Notes under the pieces: generated by a model | Told to the model about the DNA's origin: nothing | Seen by the model: the letters and a program-made list of their open reading frames with translations, nothing else | Database searches by the model: none | Position numbers and translations under genes: made by a program | Assembly: GCA_050250895.1 (NCBI GenBank) | Contig: JBFWNU010000001.1 | Span: 2,214,210-2,278,209 of the forward strand | Direction: 5' to 3' | DNA: 64,000 bases | Source of the DNA: Vulcanimicrobiota bacterium | GTDB lineage: Bacteria > Vulcanimicrobiota > Xenobia > Xenobiales > JADMJV01 | Part shown: piece after piece, positions 47,398 to 55,526 of the stretch | Layout of the letters: every line of letters starts with the position of its first letter | Position numbering within the stretch: position 1 is the first letter of the stretch

Positions 47398-47820
47398 ATG
47401 CAGGTCGAGTGGGTCGTTCTGGCTGACGCTGCCGAGGTTGTCGACAATAAGCTTTATCTCCTGGGAGGCGGCTGGACCCGTCTGACGGTTCACTCGGGTT
47501 TTCCGGCCGCTCAGCACTGCGCCGTGGCGACGGCGGTGCTCGTAGACTGGGAAGAGACCCAGCAGTCCCATGAGTTCAGCCTCGAAGTCTACGATCCCGA
47601 AGAACAACTTATCTCGGCTATCGAAGCTGAATTCGAAGTCGGAAGGCCGCACGGTGTTCCGCCCGGCAAGCCCCAGCGATGGCAGTTCGCCGGTGACTTC
47701 GACTTGGTGCTTGACGCGCCTGGGACCCATACCGTGATGGTGGTTATTGGAGGCGAGGAGCTTTGCAGGCAAGATTTCGAAGTGGTCAAAGGAGTGCGAG
47801 CCGCCGACTTGCCGGGCTGA
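47398..47820 (+). CDS. Hypothetical protein
   Basis: 140 aa of unbiased composition, immediately upstream of the PilZ gene. Confidence 0.35.
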   Translation: MQVEWVVLADAAEVVDNKLYLLGGGWTRLTVHSGFPAAQHCAVATAVLVDWEETQQSHEFSLEVYDPEEQLISAIEAEFEVGRPHGVPPGKPQRWQFAGDFDLVLDAPGTHTVMVVIGGEELCRQDFEVVKGVRAADLPG

Positions 47821-47824
47821 ACTT

Positions 47825-48574
47825 ATGCTGGAATCTGTGAAAAACCTTATCGACGGACTGATCTCTTTCTTCTTGCCGCGAGGCGGGCGAACTCCCGAGG
47901 AGCGACGCCGGCTCATTCGAGTCAAGTGCGAATATGAGGTCAGTTGCATTTCGGGCAATCGCAGCTTTCCGGCGGTGGTGGTCGACATGGGTCTGAGCGG
48001 TCTGCGACTGCAGGTGCCCAACCGGCTCAAACAAGGTGGCACGGTCTATATCCATCACCCCAAGCCCTCGAACCGTTTCAACAACGAGCACGTGATGTGT
48101 ACGGTCATGTGGTGTCGTCGCAAGGCTGGCACCAACGAGTTGGAGGCCGGTCTCAAATACGCCGACACGCCGGGCAACATGCGCCGATCGTGGGTGAAAT
48201 TCTTGCTCAAAGAACTCGGCTTTGAGGAGCGGGCCATCTATAGCCGCCGCAAAGCTATCCGGGCTCCTTCCGAGTTGTCGGCTCGGCTGCGCAATCAGGG
48301 CGGCGAGGCCCTGGAAGGCCGGGTCATCAACCTGGGTATCGGGGGGGCGCTGTTTGAATCCGATGGCGGCTTCTCTCCGGGTCAGGCGGTGCGACTCGAG
48401 ATGGACCGGGTCGGGCGGCTCAAGAAGATCGAACTCGACGCGACCGTGATCACGACCAGTCGCCAGGATGACGACTCCTATCATCTCAGCCTGCGCTTCA
48501 CCGACCCGTCCTCGAAAGAGGTAGAGAGAGTGGGTGACTACGTGTTGTTGCTGCTAAAGAATGCTGCCGAGTGA
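47825..48574 (+). CDS. Tandem PilZ-domain protein (c-di-GMP receptor-like)
   Basis: Two PilZ signatures: RRRLIRVKCEYEV...DMGLSGLRL and RKAIRAPSELSARL...NLGIGGALFE. Confidence 0.55.
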   Translation: MLESVKNLIDGLISFFLPRGGRTPEERRRLIRVKCEYEVSCISGNRSFPAVVVDMGLSGLRLQVPNRLKQGGTVYIHHPKPSNRFNNEHVMCTVMWCRRKAGTNELEAGLKYADTPGNMRRSWVKFLLKELGFEERAIYSRRKAIRAPSELSARLRNQGGEALEGRVINLGIGGALFESDGGFSPGQAVRLEMDRVGRLKKIELDATVITTSRQDDDSYHLSLRFTDPSSKEVERVGDYVLLLLKNAAE

Positions 48575-49331
48575 GATCGCGAGCTGCTTCGGCCGAATTC
48601 CGGCCCAGGCGGCGATCTGTTATCGCGACCTGACCGGCAGTCAGGCGTGGGGGCAGGACCACCGTCAAGACTTTCCCGCCGCCAGCGTCATCAAAGTGGC
48701 CATTATGGTCGAGTTGCTGCAACGCGTCGAGGCCGGCCAGAGCCGGTTGACCGAACGCCTTGAAGTCGCTTCGGATCGGCTGGTGGGCGGGGCCGGTGTG
48801 CTTTTCGAGCTTGATCCCGGGCTGCGCCTGAGCCTGGGTGACCTGTGCCGGTTGATGATCGTGGTCAGCGACAACACCGCCTCCAATCTGTTGATTGACT
48901 ATTTGGGAGGGCTCGAGGTCATGACCGCCGCCATGGCCGAAATGGGCTTGTCGGCCCGGCTGGGGCGCTACTTTATGGAACCCCCGATTGGTCAACGCGA
49001 TAACCGGATGACCTGTGAAGACGCGGTCGTCCTGCTGTGGCGATTGCGTCGAGGAGAGCTACTCGGCCCTGAATTGACCACTTTCGCCCGGGGCGTGCTC
49101 GAGCGCCAGCAGTATCGCGAGAAGATTCCCCAGCGTCTCCCGGCCGAACTGGTGGTGGGCCACAAGACCGGCGAACTCGATGGGGTGCGTCACGACGCTG
49201 CTATTGTCGAGCACTCTCGGCCCTATGTTCTGGCCATCTTTACGCGCAATGGCGGCCATGCCTGGGAGGTGGACGAGCACATCGCCCTGACCTCGCGGGC
49301 GGTCTATGATTGGGTGGAACAAGATGTATAG
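48561..49331 (+). CDS. Class A beta-lactamase-like serine hydrolase
   Basis: SVIK (SxxK), SDN and KTG (HKTGE) motifs in the correct order and spacing. No obvious signal peptide. Confidence 0.55.
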   Translation: MLPSEIASCFGRIPAQAAICYRDLTGSQAWGQDHRQDFPAASVIKVAIMVELLQRVEAGQSRLTERLEVASDRLVGGAGVLFELDPGLRLSLGDLCRLMIVVSDNTASNLLIDYLGGLEVMTAAMAEMGLSARLGRYFMEPPIGQRDNRMTCEDAVVLLWRLRRGELLGPELTTFARGVLERQQYREKIPQRLPAELVVGHKTGELDGVRHDAAIVEHSRPYVLAIFTRNGGHAWEVDEHIALTSRAVYDWVEQDV

Positions 49332-50199
49332 AAGCGGCTTCGTGGCCCTGGTCGGCAAGCCCAATGTGGGGAAGTCGACTCTGATCAACCGTCTGGTGGG
49401 AACCAAGGTCGCCATCACCTCCTCCAAGCCCCAAACGACCCGGCATCGGGTGCTGGGCGTCATGCACGGTCAGGAGTATCAGATCGTGCTGGTGGACACT
49501 CCCGGACTCATGCAACCGCGCCACGCCCTCGGCCGCAAGATGGAGAAATGGGCCCTCGAAGAGAGTCGCGAGGCGGACCTGGTGTTGTTCCTGGTCGAGT
49601 TGACGCACGCCCCCACCGCCGAGGACCGCTTTGCGGCCGAGCATCTGGCCCCGCTGGGAGACCGGGTCTGGTTGGTGATGAACAAGCTCGACCGGTGCAA
49701 GGACGAACAGGTGGCCGAGCAGTACCAGGCGTTGGGCGGCTATCCGCGCAGCTTCCAGGTTTCCGCCCTCGAGGGGCAGGGGTTGGAACAGCTTACCCAG
49801 GCTTTGTGCGAGGTCTTGCCCGAAGGCGACCCCTTTTTCCCCCCCGACCAGGTGACCGACCAGAATCGGGCTCTGTTGGCCAGCGAGGTGATCCGCGAGA
49901 AGGTCCTGCATCTGACCCGCCAGGAGATTCCTCACGCCGTGGCCGTGGTGGTCGACGAGCTGCGCCCCGCCGACAAACCCGACATGCTGTATCTGAGCGC
50001 CTATCTCTATGTAGAGCGGCCCAATCAAAAACGCATCCTGATCGGAAAGAACGGCCAGTTGCTAAAGTCCATCGGCGCCGAAGCCAGACTCGAACTCGAG
50101 CAACTATGGGGGCAACGCGTCTTTCTCGAGCTATGGGTCAAAGTGAAGGAAGGCTGGCGCGACCGCGAGGACTGGCTCCGCTCCCTCGGCTATGAATAA
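49306..50199 (+). CDS. era: GTPase Era
   Basis: G1 GKPNVGKST, TTR, DTPG, NKLD and a C-terminal KH domain. Confidence 0.85.
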   Translation: MIGWNKMYRSGFVALVGKPNVGKSTLINRLVGTKVAITSSKPQTTRHRVLGVMHGQEYQIVLVDTPGLMQPRHALGRKMEKWALEESREADLVLFLVELTHAPTAEDRFAAEHLAPLGDRVWLVMNKLDRCKDEQVAEQYQALGGYPRSFQVSALEGQGLEQLTQALCEVLPEGDPFFPPDQVTDQNRALLASEVIREKVLHLTRQEIPHAVAVVVDELRPADKPDMLYLSAYLYVERPNQKRILIGKNGQLLKSIGAEARLELEQLWGQRVFLELWVKVKEGWRDREDWLRSLGYE

Positions 50200-50640
50200 G
50201 TCGGCCCAGCGGCGCGGCGCGAAGCGCCGTAGGGAATGACGAGAAGGCCGCATCCTGTGCAGTTTCAGCTAGTGGTCATACCTTCTCGTCGTTCCCGTAG
50301 AGCCGCGGCCGGGCCGACGCCCATACGAAGTCGGCCCAGCGGCGCGGCGCGAAGCGCCGTAGGGAATGACGAGAAGGCCGCATCCTGTGCAGTTTCAGCT
50401 AGTGGTCATACCTTCTCGTCGTTCCCGTAGAGCCGCGGCCGGGCCGACGCCCATACGAAGTCGGCCCAGCGGCGCGGCGCGAAGCGCCGTAGGGAATGAC
50501 GAGAAGGCCGCATCCTGTGCAGTTTCAGCTAGTGGTCATACCTTCTCGTCGTTCCCTTAGAGCCGCGGCCGGGCCGACGCCCATACGAAGTCGGCCCAGC
50601 GGCGCGGCGCGAAGCGCCGTAGAGTGGCAGCGGCCGAGCC
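50200..50640. repeat. 130-bp tandem repeat, 3.3 copies, each containing a 16-bp-stem hairpin
   Basis: Copies start at 50200, 50330, 50460 and 50590 (partial), with 1 mismatch among the full copies. Each has the inverted repeat GGGAATGACGAGAAGG...(33 nt)...CCTTCTCGTCGTTCCC and a second IR, GCCGGGCCGAC/GTCGGCCCAGC, spanning the unit junction. Confidence 0.85.
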
Positions 50641-50718
50641 AAAGGAACCCCTGATCGAGCCGTCGAACGGTCGGGCCTCGGGAGTGCCACTCCCCTAAAG
50701 ATTGAAAGGCGACAAGCA

Positions 50719-51024
50719 ATGATCACTACTTACGAAGCCCTGGGCATGATTGAAACCAAAGGCCTGGTGGCGATGATTGAAGCTGCCGATGCTATGGTCA
50801 AGGCGGCCAACGTGAAACTGATCGGTTACGAGAAAATCGGAGCCGGCTATGTGACCGCTCTGGTTCGCGGCGATGTGGCTGCCGTGCGTGCGGCTACCGA
50901 TGCCGGCGCTTCTGCCGCCCGCAAAGTGGGCGAGCTGATCGCCGTCCACGTTATTCCCCGTCCCCACAAGGATCTCGACGATGTGCTACCGATCGCCCCT
51001 CCCCGTGAGAAAGCCGGGAAGTAG
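50719..51024 (+). CDS. BMC-H hexameric microcompartment shell protein (PduA/EutM family)
   Basis: [30 protein letters not shown]...[17 protein letters not shown] is the canonical BMC domain. Confidence 0.85.
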   Translation: MITTYEALGMIETKGLVAMIEAADAMVKAANVKLIGYEKIGAGYVTALVRGDVAAVRAATDAGASAARKVGELIAVHVIPRPHKDLDDVLPIAPPREKAGK

Positions 51025-51043
51025 TCCAGGCTCGAGCCATTAG

Positions 51044-51781
51044 ATGGACCCCGCTCTGATCGATACGATCACCGAGCTGGTCCTGCGCGAACTGCAAGGC
51101 AATCAGCCGGCGGGGCCGCCCGCCCCTCCCAAACAGGGCAAGAAGGTGCTCTTGTGCCCGGGGCCGGGCGCCGGCAGCTCGGCGATCTGGCAGGGGCTGG
51201 CTCAGCTCTCGGACATTGGCTGGCAAGCCGTGGCCTGGCCCGGCTTTGACACTCATCGCCTCGAGCGCGCGCTGGGCCGCAAGGTGCCGACTTCGGACCC
51301 TCCCACCTGCTGGGAACAGCTGGTTCAAGGGGTAGAGGCGGTCGTCTTGCCCAGCCTCGATCTGGGTGGGTTGGCCAGCCTGGCCTTGCTGCTGACCGAC
51401 CGCCCCCCGGCCGGGGCCGGCGTGGCCGGGATCGTGCTCGGCAAGCCGGTGCTGGCCCTCAACGAGGGGCTGGAGCGCTATCGACGCCACTCGGCTCGCT
51501 TGCCGGGCGGGTTTTTAGATGTCTTCGAGCGTCACTATCGAGGGGCCGAGAGTATGGGCGTCACTTTTTTAGGGGTGGGGGAGCTGGCCGGGGCTCTGGC
51601 CGGTCCGGGGGCCAAGAAGGTCACCGCCACCTCGACCGGGCGCGACGTGGTCACTCTGGAAGACCTCGAGGCGGTGCGGCGGCGTGGCCAGACGGTGCTG
51701 GAAGTGTCGGCCGGGGCCATCGTCACCCCGCTGGCCAGCCAGGCCGCGCGAGAGATGGGGATTGAGGTGAAGACTCGATGA
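51044..51781 (+). CDS. BMC-associated protein of unknown function with encapsulation-peptide-like N-terminus
   Basis: The N-terminal amphipathic helix ([18 protein letters not shown]), then a P/G linker, resembles the N-termini of the downstream AldDH and DeoC. The C-terminus ends [24 protein letters not shown]. Confidence 0.4.
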   Translation: MDPALIDTITELVLRELQGNQPAGPPAPPKQGKKVLLCPGPGAGSSAIWQGLAQLSDIGWQAVAWPGFDTHRLERALGRKVPTSDPPTCWEQLVQGVEAVVLPSLDLGGLASLALLLTDRPPAGAGVAGIVLGKPVLALNEGLERYRRHSARLPGGFLDVFERHYRGAESMGVTFLGVGELAGALAGPGAKKVTATSTGRDVVTLEDLEAVRRRGQTVLEVSAGAIVTPLASQAAREMGIEVKTR

Positions 51782-52083
51782 TCTTGGCGAAAGTCGTGGG
51801 TACAGTGGTCTGCACCCAAAAAGAGCCGCGCCTCGACGGGCTGAAGTTGCAGCTGGTCTGCCCGCTTTCGCTAGCCGATATGGCCGTCGACGGCAAGCCG
51901 CTGGTAGCCGTCGACGCCGTCGGGGCCGGACCCGGCGAGGTGGTTCTGGTGGCCGCCGGCAGTTCGGCGCGCCAGACCGAGGCGACCCTCAACACCCCGA
52001 CCGATGCCGTCATTATGGGCATCGTCGATACAGTCGAAATGGAAGGCAAGACCGTCTTCCAGAAACATCGGGCCAAGGAGTAG
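51778..52083 (+). CDS. BMC-P pentameric vertex protein (EutN/CcmL/PduN family), copy 1
   Basis: [27 protein letters not shown]...[22 protein letters not shown] is the EutN/CcmL fold signature. Confidence 0.8.
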   Translation: MILAKVVGTVVCTQKEPRLDGLKLQLVCPLSLADMAVDGKPLVAVDAVGAGPGEVVLVAAGSSARQTEATLNTPTDAVIMGIVDTVEMEGKTVFQKHRAKE

Positions 52084-52086
52084 GCA

Positions 52087-53523
52087 ATGGATATCGACCG
52101 CGACGTCATTCGCAAGATTGTGGAAGAGGTGGTGCGCCAACAGATCGGCTCAGGCTCGGCGCCACGCTCGGTCGAAGTTCCGGTGGCCAGTGGTCGCTAC
52201 GGAATCTTCACTTCGGCCGACGATGCGGTGGCCGCAGCCGGCGAGAGCTACAAAGCCTGGTTCTCGATGAGTCTCGAGACCAAAGCTGCCTGTGTCCAGG
52301 CGATGCGAGACGTTTCTCTGGCCCAGGCCCGTCCCATGGCCGAATTGGCTCATGCCGAGACCGGTCTCGGTAGGGTCGAGGACAAAGTCAACAAGAATCT
52401 GCTCCAGGTGGCCAAGACGCCCGGACTAGAGGATGTCAAGCCTCAGGTGTTTACCGGAGACCGCGGTCTGACCCTGGTCGAGAAGGCTCCCTTCGGGGTG
52501 ATCTGCTCGGTCACGCCCACCACCAATCCGGTGGCGACCATCATCAACAACTCGATTTCGATGGTGAGCGGCGGGAACGCGGTGGTCTTCAATCCCCACC
52601 CGCGCGCCAAAGGGTGCTGCAATCAGATGATTCAGCTGCTCAACCAGGCCATCCACAAGGCCGGGGGCCCTCCCACCCTGCTCACTTCCGTGGCCGAGCC
52701 TACCATCGAGACCTCGCAGGCCCTGATGAAGCACAAGGGAGTGCGTTGCTTGGTGGTGACCGGCGGTCCGGGCGTGGTGGCCCAGGCCATGGCCAGTGGC
52801 AAGAAAACGATCGCGGCCGGTCCCGGCAATCCGCCGGTGGTCGTCGACGAGACGGCCGACCTGCGCCAGGCTGCCCGCGATACGGTGGCCGGCTCGTCGT
52901 TCGACAACAACGTGATGTGCACGTGCGAGAAAGAAGTCTTCATCGTCGATAGCGTCTTTCGCGAGTTCAAAGAGCATATGCTCAATAACGGCTGCTACGA
53001 ACTCACTCCTCGCCAGCTCGACGAGCTCACCCGGGTCATCTTCCAACCACCGCCGGTGGGCAGCACCAAGACGGTGCTCAACCGTGACCTCATCGGTCAG
53101 CACGCCAGCGACATCGCCCGCACCATCGGGCTTGACCTGCCCCGCGACACGCGGCTTTTGATCGCCGAGACTCCCTTCGAGCATCCGCTGGTGCTCAAAG
53201 AGCAGATGATGCCGGTGCTGCCGCTGGTTCGTTGTCGTGATGTCAACGAGGCCATCGAGCGCGCCGTCCAGGCCGAGGGCGGGCGCTATCACACGGCCGT
53301 GATGCATTCGCGCAACATCGAGAACCTGTCGCGCATGGCCCGGGTGGTCAACGCCAACATCTTCATCAAGAACGGGCCCAACTACGCAGGTCTGGGCTTC
53401 GGAGGCGAAGGCTTTACCACCATGACCATCGCCGGCACCACCGGTGAAGGGGTGACCTCGGCTCGCACCTTCACTCGCGAGCGCCGCTGCGCCCTCATCG
53501 ACTATTTCAGGATTCTAGGCTAG
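52087..53523 (+). CDS. CoA-acylating aldehyde dehydrogenase (PduP/EutE family)
   Basis: FGVICSVTPTTNPVATIINNSISMVSGGNAVVFNPHP, plus the catalytic Cys region and an N-terminal encapsulation-peptide-like helix (MDIDRDVIRKIVEEVVRQQ). Confidence 0.8.
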   Translation: MDIDRDVIRKIVEEVVRQQIGSGSAPRSVEVPVASGRYGIFTSADDAVAAAGESYKAWFSMSLETKAACVQAMRDVSLAQARPMAELAHAETGLGRVEDKVNKNLLQVAKTPGLEDVKPQVFTGDRGLTLVEKAPFGVICSVTPTTNPVATIINNSISMVSGGNAVVFNPHPRAKGCCNQMIQLLNQAIHKAGGPPTLLTSVAEPTIETSQALMKHKGVRCLVVTGGPGVVAQAMASGKKTIAAGPGNPPVVVDETADLRQAARDTVAGSSFDNNVMCTCEKEVFIVDSVFREFKEHMLNNGCYELTPRQLDELTRVIFQPPPVGSTKTVLNRDLIGQHASDIARTIGLDLPRDTRLLIAETPFEHPLVLKEQMMPVLPLVRCRDVNEAIERAVQAEGGRYHTAVMHSRNIENLSRMARVVNANIFIKNGPNYAGLGFGGEGFTTMTIAGTTGEGVTSARTFTRERRCALIDYFRILG

Positions 53524-53532
53524 GAGGTCCCC

Positions 53533-53994
53533 ATGCGGGTTGTAATCGGTAGCGATCACGGAGGCTACGAGCTCAAGAACGAGCTGGCCGGGCTGATTCG
53601 AGAGCTGGGCCACGAACTGATCGATTTCGGCACCCACGGACCCGACCCGGTCGACTATCCCGATTTCGCCTTACTGGTGGGCAAGGCCGTGGCCAACGAC
53701 CCCGATCACACCCTCGGCATCGTGGTCGATGGGGCCGGCTGCGGCAGCGCCATCACCGCCAATAAAGTGCCGGGGGTGCGTGCGGCTGCCTGCTACTGCA
53801 CGGCCACGGCCAAGAACTCTCGCGAGCACAACGACGCCAATGTCTTGACCCTGGGTAGCAAGATTACCGGGTCCGAGGTGGCCAAAGATATCGTGCGCAC
53901 CTGGCTCGGCACCCCTTTTGCCGGCGGGCGCCACTCGCGCCGAGTCGAGAAAGTGCTCTTGATCGAGCGACGTTTTGCCAAGGAGGCGCCGTAG
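53533..53994 (+). CDS. rpiB: RpiB/LacA/LacB-family sugar-phosphate isomerase
   Basis: MRVVIGSDHGGYELK ... GAGCGSAITANK ... the ribose-5-phosphate isomerase B fold. Confidence 0.8.
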   Translation: MRVVIGSDHGGYELKNELAGLIRELGHELIDFGTHGPDPVDYPDFALLVGKAVANDPDHTLGIVVDGAGCGSAITANKVPGVRAAACYCTATAKNSREHNDANVLTLGSKITGSEVAKDIVRTWLGTPFAGGRHSRRVEKVLLIERRFAKEAP

Positions 53995-54261
53995 TTGTTT
54001 CTGGGTCGGGTTTGCGGGACGGTGGTGGCCACCCATCGAGTAGACAACCTCGACGGAGCGACCTTTCGTGTGGTGGTGCCTGTGAATCACGACGGCTCGC
54101 CTTACGGTAAACCCTTCGTGGCTGTCGACAACGTCTCGGCCATGACCGGCGATCTGGTCTATCTGGTCAAGGGCAAAGAGGCCATCATCCCCTGGAAGCG
54201 CTCGGATATGGCGCCCATTGATGCCGCCATCGTGGGGTTGGTGGATGGGATGGATATCTGA
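53995..54261 (+). CDS. BMC-P vertex protein, copy 2
   Basis: MFLGRVCGTVVATHRVDNLDGATFRVVVPV...VAVDNVSAMTGDLVYLVKG. Confidence 0.75.
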   Translation: MFLGRVCGTVVATHRVDNLDGATFRVVVPVNHDGSPYGKPFVAVDNVSAMTGDLVYLVKGKEAIIPWKRSDMAPIDAAIVGLVDGMDI

Positions 54262-54554
54262 TGCTCTATGCACGGATTTTAGGAAGTTTGTGGGCCACCG
54301 CTCAGGTGGCGGGCTTTGAGGGTAGATCTCTTAAGCTGATCGAGCCTGTCGATGCGCGGACCGGTAAGGGCGCGGGGGACACGCTGCTGGCGGTCGACCT
54401 GGTCGGGGCGCGCAAGGGTGACCACGTTCTGGTCGTCTACGAGGGCAGCTCGTCGCGTCTGGCCATGGGCAGTCAGACGACGCCCTGCGAGGCGATCGTG
54501 GTCGGCATCGTGGATCGGCTCGATTTGGAAAGTGAGGAATCAGGTGGACATTGA
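54261..54554 (+). CDS. BMC-P vertex protein, copy 3
   Basis: [30 protein letters not shown]...[24 protein letters not shown]. Its start overlaps the copy-2 stop by 1 nt. Confidence 0.75.
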   Translation: MLYARILGSLWATAQVAGFEGRSLKLIEPVDARTGKGAGDTLLAVDLVGARKGDHVLVVYEGSSSRLAMGSQTTPCEAIVVGIVDRLDLESEESGGH

Positions 54555-55500
54555 AGCGATTGTAGCCAGAATCACCAGGGAAGTGGTGGAAGAACTCCAG
54601 CGCCCGCAGGCGGCCTCGTCCCCCTCTGCCGAGGTGGACCGCACCGCCCCTCCAGGACGTCTGCGCGTGGCCGAGGGCTCGTCTTCGAACGGTTCAGGCA
54701 AGGTCTGCATGGAGCGTCTCACCGGCGAGTGCGCCGGAGTTGGCTGCTGTGCTCAGTTGCTTCCCGAGCGGGTGCGGGCCGTGATCGAGTCCGGGGCCGA
54801 CCGGGTGGGCAATTCCCCCGGGGGGGTGGTGGACGGGGCCGACATCGCCGCCCGTATCGACCACACTTTGCTCAAAGCCGACGCTACCCGCCAGGAAGTC
54901 CTCGAGCTGTGCGACGAGGCCCGCACCCACCGGTTTGCCTCGGTCTGCATCAACCCGGCTTTCGTGGCCACGGCCGCCGACGCTCTGCGGGGCACCGGGG
55001 TCAAAGTTTGCACCGTCGTGGGCTTTCCGCTGGGAGCCACCACGACCCTCACGAAAGTCACCGAGACCCGAGATGCGCTCGCCAACGGGGCCGACGAGAT
55101 CGACATGGTGATCAACATCGGAGCCCTCAAGAACAACCAGGATGACCTGGTCGAATCCGATATCCGCGAGGTGGTGGCTGCCGCCGGCGGGCGCATCACC
55201 AAAACGATTTTCGAGACGGCCATCCTCTCGGACGACGAAGTGGTGAGGGCCTGCCTGTTGGCCAAGCGGGCCGGAGCAGATTTCGTCAAGACCTCGACCG
55301 GATTCGGTCCAGGCGGAGCCACTGTGCATCACGTGGCTTTGATGCGCCAGACGGTGGGACGCTCCATGGGAGTCAAAGCCTCGGGCGGGGTGCGCGATCT
55401 CGAGACGGCCCGCCAGATGATCGAGGCGGGAGCCACCCGAATCGGGGCCAGTGCTTCCGTCAAGATCGTGCGCGGTGAGCAAGGCAGCGGCAACTACTGA
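54544..55500 (+). CDS. deoC: Deoxyribose-phosphate aldolase (DeoC) with N-terminal encapsulation-peptide-like extension
   Basis: DeoC core ([11 protein letters not shown]...[10 protein letters not shown]...[14 protein letters not shown]...KTSTGF). A GTG start at 54544 is preceded by AGGAAT and begins [19 protein letters not shown]. The 5' part of the track ORF is out-of-frame overlap with BMC-P copy 3. Confidence 0.75.
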   Translation: MDIEAIVARITREVVEELQRPQAASSPSAEVDRTAPPGRLRVAEGSSSNGSGKVCMERLTGECAGVGCCAQLLPERVRAVIESGADRVGNSPGGVVDGADIAARIDHTLLKADATRQEVLELCDEARTHRFASVCINPAFVATAADALRGTGVKVCTVVGFPLGATTTLTKVTETRDALANGADEIDMVINIGALKNNQDDLVESDIREVVAAAGGRITKTIFETAILSDDEVVRACLLAKRAGADFVKTSTGFGPGGATVHHVALMRQTVGRSMGVKASGGVRDLETARQMIEAGATRIGASASVKIVRGEQGSGNY

Positions 55501-55526
55501 GCAAGTTCTTCAAGACCGAGGCGCTG

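Noticed and set aside
47320-48042. 240-aa minus-strand ORF overlapping two plus-strand genes
   Set aside because: Arg/Ser/Pro-rich. The plus-strand readings include recognisable PilZ domains.
50236-50560. Two identical 64-aa ORFs
   Set aside because: They are translations of successive copies of the 130-bp tandem repeat. There is no RBS and the composition is Arg/Pro/Ala/Ser-rich.
52426-53307. 293-aa minus-strand ORF antisense to the aldehyde dehydrogenase gene
   Set aside because: Antisense shadow within a confidently assigned PduP/EutE-family gene.
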